A stretch of 63,972 bases of DNA, the filler included, from Reclinomonas americana ATCC 50394 (Eukaryota): the NCBI GenBank assembly GCA_048213135.1. It is 15 parts of 15 records of this genome, joined end to end, with 100 filler letters (N's around TTAATTAATTAA, not from the genome) between each part and the next. Parts side by side here need not be neighbours in the genome. Positions count along the whole stretch, not along the records: positions 22,877 to 29,165 come from AFZH01019711.1; positions 29,266 to 30,880 come from AFZH01019712.1; positions 30,981 to 37,834 come from AFZH01019715.1; positions 37,935 to 39,690 come from AFZH01019716.1; 11 more parts are not named here. The stretch is one strand, 5' to 3'. This document shows positions 22,905 to 38,343 of this stretch, piece after piece (the stretch's first letter is position 1; each line of letters begins with the position of its first letter). Under the pieces are notes generated by a model. That model worked only from the letters and a program-made list of their open reading frames with translations, had not been told where the DNA came from and did no database searches. The position numbers and the translations under genes were made by a program.

Positions 22905-25292
22905 ATGCAGAGGAGGCCTGTGCCTGCCTCCTCCTCTCCTCCTCCTCCCAGCAGCACGCAATGGCGACATGAATATGTGCTTGTCAAGTGCATTGTGTGT
23001 GTGCGTCTGCTTGCACTGGTGTGGGCCTGCTGGAGTGACGCACTCGTGCCGGATCACTCACCAAGCAGCGATGTCGCCGTGTTACCCGCCTGCACAAAGA
23101 GGCATGTGTGAGAGTGATTGACACTCACACACACAGAGAGACTGATTGTGATTCTCTCTCTCTGTGTGACAGTGAGGCCTCGGTGCCTGTGCGCATGGCC
23201 TGCTCGCTGCTCAAGTGGGACGCAGTGTACTTTGCACGAATCGCCGATGAGCAGTATGGCATTGAGGAGAAGTTGTATGCGTTTTTTCCGGCCTGGCCTG
23301 CTGTGTGGCACTGGAGTGCAGACTGTGGCAAGTGTCTCTTTTTGCTTATGTTTATCATGCATGCAGTCTGCCTCGTGACTGTGTTTGTTTGTTTTTTTCC
23401 GTTTTGTCAAACAGTGGGCTTTGTGATGCCTTCTGCTGTCGATCGTGTGCTGCTATTGGCCGTGGCTGCGCAGCTTGTGGGCATGCTCTTTGCTGTGTTG
23501 TCAGTGGTGCTCTTGTACAGACTGACTGTGCGCACGGTGTTGGATGCGCAACTGGCCTTCCTCAGCGGTCTCCTCTTTTGCTTCAATCCCGCGCTCACGT
23601 TCTACGTGGCACCGTGCGTGCTTTTGTGTGTGTGTGTTGGGTGTCTGAGCGTGGCTATCAATGATCACGTGTTGCAGGTACACGGAGGGCATGTTTATGT
23701 TGGTGGCCATGGCTGGCTTGTATGCGCTGGCTGGGGATCACGTGTTGTGGGCCACGGCTTGCTTTGTGGTGGCGGCTGCCACGCGTGCCAATGGAGTTCT
23801 GCTGGTCGGCTTTCTGCTCTTCCATGCCGTGCACCAGCTGCGGCAGATGCTGTCCTTGTCGGTGCGGCGTGTGGCGCGCGCTTTGCATGGGTGTTGTCGA
23901 TTCTCATGGCGTTTTCTTGTCGTGCAGTCGGACGTCATGTTTAGCATTCTGCGCGCTCTGTGGGTGCTCGTGCGCACGGTGGCGGCGTGCGGGGCGGTTG
24001 CCGTGCCGTACGTGTATGTGGCGCACACGGCGAGCGAGAATCTGTGTGGCGTCGATGCAGCGCCAGAGTGGTGCCAGTGGTAGTTGCGTGAACGCTGTTG
24101 TGAGCAGGGTCTGTGGTTTGCTCATTTTCCTCGCCCTCCGCAGCTTCCCCGACGTGTACTCGTACGTGCAACGCACGTACTGGGGTGTCGGCTTCCTGTC
24201 GTACTACGAGTGGAAGCAGGTGCCGAACTTTCTGCTGGCCGCACCGATTCTGCTAATGGCGGTGGTGGCGGTGGTGTCATTCGCCAGGCGCTTCCCGAAG
24301 GCGTTCTGGACGGCGGGCGTGGCGGCGCCAGTGTCGAGTCTGCGCGACTTTGACGCCTCTGTGCCGAAACCCATGATGTTTGCGCAGCAGCAGAGATTAG
24401 GCGAGGGTTCCGCCAACGGTGGTGGAGATGACGGTGGTGAGTCGAAGACATGAGCTTGCGATTCAGTTCATGGTCGATCTCACTCGCGGTGCTACGTGGG
24501 TAGTCGATGTCACGGCCGCACTGTGCGATCGCTTTCGCAGTCTGTCGCTACAGGAGGGTGGATTCTACTCGGTCGCCATCCTCGTGCATGTGTACTACTG
24601 GTGAGTCGGTGCGGGAGTCAGTGAGTGAATCGAGCCGTATGTGCTCACCGAGTGTTGCCTTGCACAGGGCACTACTGTCGCTCTTTGCCTTGTTCTTCAT
24701 GCACGTGCAAGTGATGACGCGCTTCGTCAGCCACGCACCCGCACTCTATTGGTTTGCGGCGCACGTGGTCAGCGGCATGATGCGTCGGTCTGCGGACCAC
24801 ATGGTGGCATCCTCGCCGTCCCGCATCTCGTCACTGATCACGTCGTCGTCGTCCTCCCCGCCGTCTGCTTCGTCGTCGCTTCTCAAGAAACCGCGATGGG
24901 ACGCGGCCACAGGCACAAGTGCGGCGGCATTGGCGGGCGCCACGTTGGATGCCTCGAGCAAAATCCGTGCCGTGTCGACGGCGACCAGCGACTTGCTGCA
25001 GCGAGGCAAGGCGGTCCGCGCAGCCGACGCGTCGACAATATTCCGCACCGTGATACCACGCAGCTCCATCTTTCAGCGCATGCGACAATCGTGGCAAGAG
25101 GGGTTCACCAGTGATATGGAATCGCTGGCAGCCTCGGCTGAATCGTCGTCGCGCTCTGCGCTCTTGTTCGTGATGCGTGTGGTGTGGCATGGTTCACCGC
25201 ACTCACTGGCCGGCCCGCTGATTGTGCGGTACTTTGTGCTGTATGCCGTGGTCGGTCTGGCACTGTTTGTTAATTTTTTGCCGTGGACGTGA
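22905..25292 (+). CDS. PIGV: GPI mannosyltransferase II
   Basis: WDAVYF..IA..Y..E...[60 protein letters not shown]...PALYWFAA, terminal NFLPWT*. Confidence 0.95.
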
Positions 25293-25388
25293 CGATAAGT
25301 GATAATGGCCATAAGGTAGAGTGTTCAATTCATCCCTGATAATGAAGATTGATTCGCAAGGGGAATACCGCACGGCCGACCATGTGCC

Positions 25389-29630
<4,242 letters not shown>

Positions 29631-29990
29631 TCGCTCTTTCTCTGTGTTGGAGATCACGTACGTGATCGATATCGAATTAAATTTGCAAGAAAGTGTACAT
29701 GCGGACACAGGTGGTTTTTCCGATCGCGGTCGAGAGCGTGCGCTGCGTGCACAGGCAGCATGTACTTCACACATCGTAGTCCTTGACATGCATATCGTAT
29801 GAATTGATTGTGATGCACTTGCAGTTGACTGCGCCTCGCATGCAATTGTCGACGTCGAGCGCTACGCTCGTGCACACTGCAGGGCAACACGACGTGCTGA
29901 TCGTATGCATAACCACCACCACCTGTATCTTCATAGACACCTCTACTGCCTTGCTTGCTTCACGGATCCGGTCCCGGCTTTGCTTTGCTT

Positions 29991-30280
29991 GCCTGGCTTA
30001 TGGCCTTTCCCCGAATTTGATGTGCCGTGTACGATCGCAGAAAACGCTATGCGTCGTCTTATGCAAGTGCGTCAAATCCGCTGTTTTTCGCAGTTCTCGC
30101 GATCGACTTGTTCGGATCTCCGAGAGCGAACACACACAAACGAAAGGAACCTGCTGCTGCCTCATGATTGGCGTTTGTGTTGATATTTTGGATACGGTTG
30201 AACTTGGTCATCAAGACAGCAGCTGCTTGCAATTGTTTGTCGGTGAATTCGATCGCGAAGGAAATTGTTGTTGTGTAGTG
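29991..30280 (+). repeat. Dispersed intergenic repeat, copy 1
   Basis: Shares tatggccttt.cccgaatttgatgtgccgtgtacgatcgcagaaa, tatgcaagtgcgtcaaatcc, cgacttgttcgga, ggaacctgctgctgcctca and ttttggatacggttgaacttggtca with 44715-45130. Confidence 0.85.
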
Positions 30281-30677
30281 CGAGCTGGATTGCTGTTTTC
30301 TCACAATCGCGATCGCATGCAGCCCCGCAGCACACTCGTTGTCGATCGCAGCAGCTGCTTGTCGGCAATCGTGACCTCGAAAAAACGCAGCGAAACTGTA
30401 TGTAAACTGTAAACCAAGCACGAAACCCTTTTTCCACATAACACAGGTACGTCGGCGACGCCTTCTCCAACCCTCTCTTTCTCTATTCTCCTACTCTCGC
30501 CCTCACACACGCACAAAAGTGCAAGCTCGCACACGTGCACGAACGAACGCAAAAGTGACATGGCCATCGACCACACCTCTTTGCACACACACTGAGAGAG
30601 ACAGACGAGAGCAAAGGAAGAGAAGCGTGTTCCTCACACTGCACTGCCATCTCTCTCTTTCTCTCTCTCTTTTAGAG

Positions 30678-30987
30678 ATGGAGTCCTCCAGTAATGCAAA
30701 GAAGCGCATGTCAATGACTGGCACTGCTGCGGCTGCTGCAGCCGCCTCTGCAACATCAACAACAACAACTACGACAACAACAACAACAGCAAGTGGATCG
30801 CGAAAGAGACGAGCTGCGGGCGAGGATGCGGAGGCGGATGAGTTGTCAGATGACTTTGATCAGGTGAGAGAGAGGGAGGGNNNNNNNNNNNNNNNNNNNN
30901 NNNNNNNNNNNNNNNNNNNNNNNNTTAATTAATTAANNNNNNNNNNNNNNNNNNNNNNNNNNNNNNNNNNNNNNNNNNNNTTCGTTT

Positions 30988-31041
<54 letters not shown>

Positions 31042-33132
31042 TGTGGGGGAACTGAGTCCGACTGTTGATGTTTATGTTCTTGCTTGCCTTTGTCCTCTCT
31101 CTCTTTCTCTCTCCCTCCCCCCTCTCTCTATCTCTCTGTGTGTGTGTGTGTGTGCGTGTGTGTGTTTCACTCTGCGACTCACCAGTCCTCCTTTTGCACA
31201 GCGTGATCCACCGCGCTCGCGTCGGAGGGTTGTCGACGATAAGGTTTGTGATATGCATGTCCCTTTTCATGACTCGCTCTCACTCTTTTTTTTTTTTTTT
31301 TGCCATGTGCGCAGGAGGGCGTCGACGCGTTGATGGGTTTCGCCAAGACGCTGTTTGGTGGGTACCTGATCCTCGCCTTTTTGCTTGCCCCCCTCTGTCT
31401 CTCTCATTTTTGCCTGTAAACAGGACCACCACCGGCGCGGCGATCAGCGCCGGGCGCGCAACCACGCGTTCCCGTGAGGAGATGGCGTGCACAGCGCATG
31501 ATTCGACGACGCGATCTGGACAAGGAGCTCTTTGATACGCAACGTGGCTTCCCCGTGCACGAACACAGCTTGCAGTTCGTTGACAAGGCGTTTCTCAAGT
31601 TTCACGAGAGCTTGCTTGTGGGTGGTATGACTGGACTGCCGCGGGGGGTCGGCGCGTCGTCGGCTGGAGAGATGGTGCGTTTGGTGCGACAGCGGTGTTT
31701 TGTCTCTCTGATGTCGATTGTCGTCCCTGTTTACGTGGTCAGAATAGAGAATGCCTCTCGTTCATCACGTCTCCTCTCGCTGCACTTTTGTATTCGTGAA
31801 GCCGGGAACACGGCGCTTTGAGCTGTGAGCTGCTTTGTGGTTTCTTGCCTGTCTTCCTCTGCACGTGAGCCCTTTCGTCATGCAGCTCGATCGTCCTTTT
31901 TCTCGCTTCCTTTCTTTGTATGTGCGTTCTCCTGTGCTTTGGTCATCAGTAACACGCGTTCATATTGTCACGTGACTTTTCGCCATTTTTCTTGCCTCTC
32001 TTTCTCTGCATGTGACCTCTCCTGTCGTCAACAACGCGCATTCTTTCTGTCACGCGATTTCGCCGTTTCTCACCTCTCTTCCTCTGCATGTGTGCGGTCC
32101 TGTGCTTTGGTCATCAGCACCGTGTGTCAGGGGCCTTTTCTCGCCATTTTCTCGCCTCTCTTCCTCTGCACGTGAACTCTCCTCTCATTAGCAACGCGCG
32201 TTCGTTCTTTTTCTCGTCTTTTTCTCGCCTCCTATCCTCTGCATGTGAACTCTCCTGTCGTCAACAACGTGCGTTCGTTATTTTTCTCGTCATTTCTTGT
32301 CTCCCTTCCTCTGCACGTGAACTCTCCTCTCATTAGCAACGCGCGTTCTTTCTGTCACGTGATTTCGCCGTTTCTCGCCATTTTCTCGCCCCTTTCCTCT
32401 GCATGTGTGCGGTCCTGTGCTTTGGTCATCAGCACCGTGTGTCAGGGGCCTTTTCTCGCCATTTTCTCGCCTCTCTTCCTCTGCACGTGAACTCTCCTCT
32501 CATCAGCAACGCGCGTTCGTTCTTTGTCGACATTTTCTTGTCTCCCCTCCTCTGCATGCGAACTCTCCTCTCATTAGGAACGCGTGTTTGGTGCCTTTCT
32601 CGCCATTTCTCGCCTCCCTTGCTCTGCACAACGCGCGTTCTTCCTGTCTCATGACGTTTCGCAATACTATCGCCTCCCCTCCTCTGCACGTGTGCTCTGT
32701 TGAGCATCGCCTGTGCCATCCCTTCGATCATATGCCTCTCTTTCCCTTCGTCACCACTCATGCCCGTAAAACACAGGGTGCCGGAAAATCACGATTCGGT
32801 CGCGCTGGCATGCATGCAGAAATCGCCTTCTTTATCCACACTGCCACGAAGCAGCAAGGTGCCCCTGCGCACGCTCTCCTGTCGTCCCGCAGATTCCTCG
32901 TCTCTTTGTGACTTAACGTGCACGTCCTGCAGGAGCGGCGGCAGCAGCAGCAGCAGCAGCAGCAGCCTCGGCGTCAAAATCCAAACCCGCCTCCGCAGCA
33001 GCTGGGTCGTCATCCCACGGCGACGCACTACCCCTACCGCCCCCACCACGACTCGACCGGCGGCCAATGCCCGCACCACCCGTATTCCAGCATCACCCAC
33101 ACGGAGCGGTGGCGCGTCCACCGCCCGGCTGA
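30678..33132 (+). CDS. Hypothetical low-complexity protein (multi-exon)
   Basis: ATG exon MESSSNAKKRM...RKRRAAGEDAEADELSDDFDQ|gt with a possible NLS, followed by phase-compatible exons at about 31315, 31424, 32777 and 32933. No domain recognised. Confidence 0.45.
31850..32700. repeat. Intronic tandem repeat (~70-85 bp monomer, 315-bp higher-order duplication)
   Basis: The ~105-bp block ctctgcatgtgtgcggtcctgtgctttggtcatcagcaccgtgtgtcaggggcc... recurs 315 bp apart. The ctctgca[ct]gtgaactctcct core is repeated many times. Confidence 0.85.
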
Positions 33133-33157
33133 ACGAACTCGCCGCCGTACCGGATGA

Positions 33158-33936
33158 ATGATGATAAGGGGAGGTGTTGGTAAAGCGCATGTTGTTGATG
33201 TCAGAGCTGTGTGGAAGAGGCCAACGTTCAGGAGACGGAAGTCGCGACGTTTCCTCCTCGTCCCCGAGTCCCATTATCAACAAAGACCACTGACGCAGCA
33301 CATGAGCGACGACCGCGCACTCCCCATGGACAGAGACAAGGAGGACTCGGCAGAAGATGACGACGGTGACGAGGAAGAAGAGCTCACTGATGAGCAACTC
33401 ATCGCGCTCAATGAGCGATCGATTCGCGCGTATGTGGACGAACAGAGACGGACAGGTGGTGGTAGCAGTAGCAACACAAGAGGCGACTGTGTGTTCTATG
33501 CGTTGGCTGATGGCGATGCAGAGGAGGTGCAACGAATGTTGCAGGAGGCGGTGAGTCAGAGAAGGAGATTGATTCTCTCTCTTCCTTCTCTCGCTGAGTG
33601 TGAGCAGGCCGCGATGGACACAGTGGAGGAGGAGGCTAGCAAGCGAAGAGCACTGCCTCGTGATGTGCTGCTCCGTGAGCAGGGGGAGGATAGTGGTGGG
33701 GAAAAGTGAAGCACAGTCGTTCATGGACAGCTTTCCCCTTTTCTGCACTTTTTTCGTGTGTGCGTGCGTGCGCTGAAAGGAGGCTTCCGCGACTTGGTGG
33801 AACAGATCGACGTTGGTTCGGTCACGTCTTCGAGGAGGAGCTGGAGGTGAGATGCAAGGGAAACAGCGCAGTGTCATGTCAGCAGAGAGAAAGCGAGCAG
33901 CTGAGGCAGGCAAAGAAGTACACTGAGGGGGCTTGA
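33158..33936 (+). CDS. Hypothetical acidic protein
   Basis: ORF with EDDDGDEEEELTDEQLIALNE and probable introns at about 33551 and 33706. No domain recognised. Confidence 0.35.
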
Positions 33937-34604
33937 AGAGGAGAGATGCTCAAGAGAGAGAGAGAGAGTCTCTCCTTCTTATTCATTGTTTTCTTTAGGG
34001 CTTTATTCTCAACATCGACACTCTAAACAGTTTTAGTTGTAGAACGAAAGCACACGAGACATGTTGGCGATCACTTGTAGATGCTCATTGTTGTGTATGA
34101 CCAGTTATTATTCCTCTCTCTTCACTTCTTTCTCTCTCCCCCTCTCTCTTCATTAATCACTCCTTTCTCTCCTTACCTCTTCGTTTGTCATCTTTTTCTT
34201 TTCCTCCTGCTCTCCCTGTCTTACTCTCACCATCGGGAATCGATAGAGAGCAGAGCATGCTGGAAATTCTACGAACAGAAGGTCGACCGTGTACCCGCAG
34301 ACTCCACTCGCGCAGTGCCGAACGTGGGTATCAATTGCTGAGAATGGAACGAAGGCGACGGTGCGTGATGAGAACTGAGTTTCGTAGACTTATTGGAGAT
34401 TGACCTTGTGGCAGCATTGAGCAACGTGGAGGAGAGATCAGAAAGGTGTATGTGTGTGTGAGAGAGAGACTACTTCGACTAAACTTCTTCGTGTCCGACA
34501 GTCCTTGCCGCAATTTTGTTGTGTAAACACACTTTGGCTGACCTTCAGTCCGCGAAAGTCACACCACACTTCTGTGCAACTCGAGTGTGTGTTCTCGCCA
34601 CACG

Positions 34605-37600
34605 ATGGAGTGCGCTGAAGGAAGTGGTGACGGAAAGAGTGAGCAGTCGGGTGAGTTCTTCTCCCCTTGTTGCTCAGTGGCTCTCTCCCATTTTCAACCA
34701 TCCTTTTCCGCAGCGCTGATGACTGCTGCTCCTTCCGAGAGTGCAATCACTTCTCTGCCATCCCGCCGACGTCAGTCACCATCGGTCGCCATGACGGAAG
34801 CTCTGCGGCGTCTGCGTGAGCCAGATGACCGTGTCAAGGTTTTTCGCACGTTCGCCAAGGAGGAAGGTGTGTCATCATCCTCATACAAACGATCGTCAAC
34901 ATCGCCCTCTGGTGCTCTCTCCCGCTCTGTGTTTACTATGTAATCTGCCTGGCAGCCGAACGCTTCTGCCGTGCTTTCCGCATGTCCCTCGCTGCGGTGG
35001 CGGATCTGAGGGTGCAGGACATTGATGCAGGTTTGTTTCGGGAATGTTGCAGGGAGGGAACCCAACATGCAGTTACTGACGCTCTCACTTCTCCGCCTGT
35101 CGCAGCGACGGGCTGTGTACAACTGATTGTTGAAGATGGTCTCTACCCGCTGGGAATCAGTTGGGAAGAAAGGCGCTTGGACCGCAATAGTTTGTGCGAC
35201 ACCGTGTGTGTTCGTTGAATTAGACGCGCAAAAAATGCTTACTCCTGCACCCATTATTAACAGTCATCGAACTGTGCATCGTCTTGCTCTCTACGGCCCG
35301 ATTGAGACTGGACGAGGACACTGCTCTCCACGTGCTCACCGACGCGGCAGCGCAAGCCGGCATGAGTATGCCCCTACCTGCCAACAGTGTGCAGCACGTG
35401 ATGCCCAGGGTGAGAACCGAGGCCGATGCGCGAGACCTATTCAGATGCCACCTGCGGTGGCGTGATGACATTGGTTGTGACGGTGACCCAACGTTGCCGC
35501 AGTACAGCCAGCAGTTGCAGCGCGGTTTGTACTCGCCGACTCTCCTACTGCTGCTGTCTGACATTGACACACCTCGTGCTTCGTGCTGTGCGCATACGTG
35601 ATGAAAGCTCCGACCTTCAGTGCCAGAGAGCGCCTCGAAACAAGACATGTACCAACTTTCGTAGACCCGCACGATGGCGCATGGGCGCCACCGCTGACAA
35701 GTGCAGAAGAAGAGTTTGTCACTGCTCTGGCCAGCATGGCAGAGCGACGTGTTCAAACGGTGGACCTGAATCAAGTACCGTTGCGTCGTCGCACACTACT
35801 TTCGTGCACACAGCCAGCTCCTCACTGCGTTTCTGTACAGCGCGGAGATTGAGGACATATTCAACTTGCACGGGCCGGGCACCAATCTGCCCCCCGAGGA
35901 AGCGCGATTCTTGCATCACGCAACGATTGGTTTGCACCAGATGTTGTCGATGTTCGACAAGTGCGAATGGTTACGCAAAAAGTATTGCGGTGCGTACGTG
36001 AGCGTCAGCGGATTGCTGTGTCTCGCCTGCACATTTCCCTCATCTGTCTGCGCAGCGGTCTACAACGAGATGACCATGGTTGCGCTGCTGTCCAAAGTAC
36101 TGACCGAGCCATTCGCACACACGTTGCCCGCATTGTTTTGCGCTGAGCTGGACTGTTTGTGTGCGTTGTTTAATTATTCTTTCTTCTCTATTGTGTGAGA
36201 CCATTGACTCACCACACAGGATACGTGTCGCATGTAGTGGCGGAAGGGACCACAGCACAGCGGGCCGACTTGGTTGTCCATCTTCCGTGCCGACTCGGTG
36301 TCAACTTTGTGGCGGTTGAGGCAGCATTGCAAGCGAATTACGGGGACCCGCAGTCCAGGTAGCCACTCAGTTTCTTATTCTGTCTCTCTCTCTCCATGTT
36401 CACTCACTTGTGGTAATGCAGCTACGATTTCCCGTCGTTCCAGCGCCTGTTCAGCAGCACCGCCTTCCACATCGACTTTGTCAAGAACCTCATCAACGGC
36501 TGCGTCTGCCTGCGGAAGCTTGTGGAGACAATTGATCAGCCGGCAGCCACAGCATCTGGTGACATTGCTTTTTTCAGCTGGCTCGTCTTGCCTCTCGGGA
36601 TGTCGCTGTGGCGGTTTGCGGCACGCGCGCACAGTAACGACGCAGGCAGAAGGGGTGCAGCGATGACTGTTGATGGCGTTGTCGTGACCGTAGTCGGCAT
36701 CTGGGATTTCGAAGAAGGTCGTTGCAGTTGCGTCCTCTGCATGCATACGTTGTTGTTCCACAGCGTGCGAAGAATGCGCTGAGTTGATTATCAATCGATG
36801 CTTGCACAGAGGTTGGCTCTGTGCGATCGTTGCTGGGAGCGCAGCTGCGGATCTTCCGGGCCGTCCACAGGACAGCGCGTCTTGCTCTGGCGGCGTTGTC
36901 GGAAGATCGCTTGGCGAAGACTGTCGCCGTGGCCAAGTCGTTGGCCAGTCTCTCTTTTGGGTCCTCTGATCGAGGCGAGAAGGAGATCTCCTCCGCAGGT
37001 TTCCTTGACAAAGTGGCGTACCGTAGGATTATTAGCTATTCCGATATCGATGTGTGCGTCAACGAAGACGCTCTGCTTCACTTGCCAGTTGCGGGCGTGG
37101 CACGCCCCTCTGGTATTACGGTGCTTTATTCGGGTCAACGTGAGGTATGTCGCGTTGCCTCTTCTCGCGACGACATGCACGTGGTTCTCGACAAGGGTGC
37201 GTCCGCGCACTGCGCGTAGTGCAACAACATGTTGCTGTGTGGCCCTGACTTGCCTCATGAATTCAGAGCGGTGCTTGGTCACCAAGTGGATGTGGAGCCA
37301 GTCGGCCGCAGGCAACGCGGCGCGTTCTGAAGTCATGCTGATGCATAACAGACTGCTGAGCGACGAGGTCGACTTTCTGCCCACCGTACTCGCACATGGG
37401 TGGAACCGAGAGCATCCGCAGTGGTTCGGTTTCACGATGCCGTTCTACGGCAACGACGTTCCGGATCCATTCAACGAGGCTGAAGTGCGGCAGTACATGA
37501 CCGACGTCACTCGAGCACTTGCGTATGTGCACCAGGTCGGCTATGGTTTCGTGCACGGTGATGTGCGAATCGGCATCGTGTTCTACAGTCGCGAGCTCGG

Positions 37601-37834
37601 GAGGGCGGTGCTCGGTGATTTTTCCTTCATCAACGTATTGGACGAAGACGGCTACGCGAGCTCATTCTCTTCCGCCACTACCGGACTCGGCACTGGGACG
37701 CTTGGGTATCGGGTACGTACACGCGCGCGTGAGCCAACGTTCACGTATCACTTGGGCATTGGGTGGCTGACTTCTCTCTTGTACTGCAGCCGCCTGAACT
37801 CTTCGTTCCACCCCAAAAAGCCAAGGCCAAACAT
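34605..37834 (+). CDS. Multi-exon protein with a C-terminal protein-kinase-like domain and a possible degenerate PD-(D/E)xK nuclease-fold domain upstream; 3'-partial
   Basis: Kinase subdomains: CLVTKW, SEV, VTRALAYVHQVGYGFVHGDVR, AVLGDFS, GTLGYR|PPELF. Upstream exons give RADLVVHLP...FVAVEA and HIDFVKNL. Confidence 0.7.
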
Positions 37835-38343
37835 NNNNNNNNNNNNNNNNNNNNNNNNNNNNNNNNNNNNNNNNNNNNTTAATTAATTAANNNNNNNNNN
37901 NNNNNNNNNNNNNNNNNNNNNNNNNNNNNNNNNNATGATTGACTTTGTGGAGTGTGCAGCCGTCCGTTGCGTCAACAGACACCGCCCGTCCACAACCCGT
38001 CGGTGAACTTGAAGTGGCCGCGGCTGTCCAGGTCTGTGATGTGTCCAGCTGTCGATTTGTTGTTCAGCTTCCTGACATGCATGCTTGCGTTGCTTTGTAG
38101 GCTGCGAGTGCAGCCACTCAATGACACCATGTTTGTGGCAACTTGCACTCCATCTCCAGAGATACTACTGCGATAAAATGCAATTGATGCATTGAGAAAA
38201 CTCTCCCTTGCCTGTCCCTAAGAGCGTTCCTTGTGCATCTCACAACACTTGACTTCTGTGTCCGACGAATGCAGCAAACATTTGACGGAGCATCTCATCC
38301 TCCATTTTCAAGTAGACGCTGACTAGTCTGTCTGCCTCGACCC

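Noticed and set aside
24080..24090. Shifted donor candidates at 24083, 9517 and 36727
   Set aside because: An in-phase alternative GT lies a few bases upstream in each case, so they are not counted as firm examples.
29985..30060. cttgcctggc resembling the U1 snRNA 5' end (ACTTACCTGG)
   Set aside because: Not conserved in copy 2, and I found no convincing U1 loop motifs or conserved Sm site.
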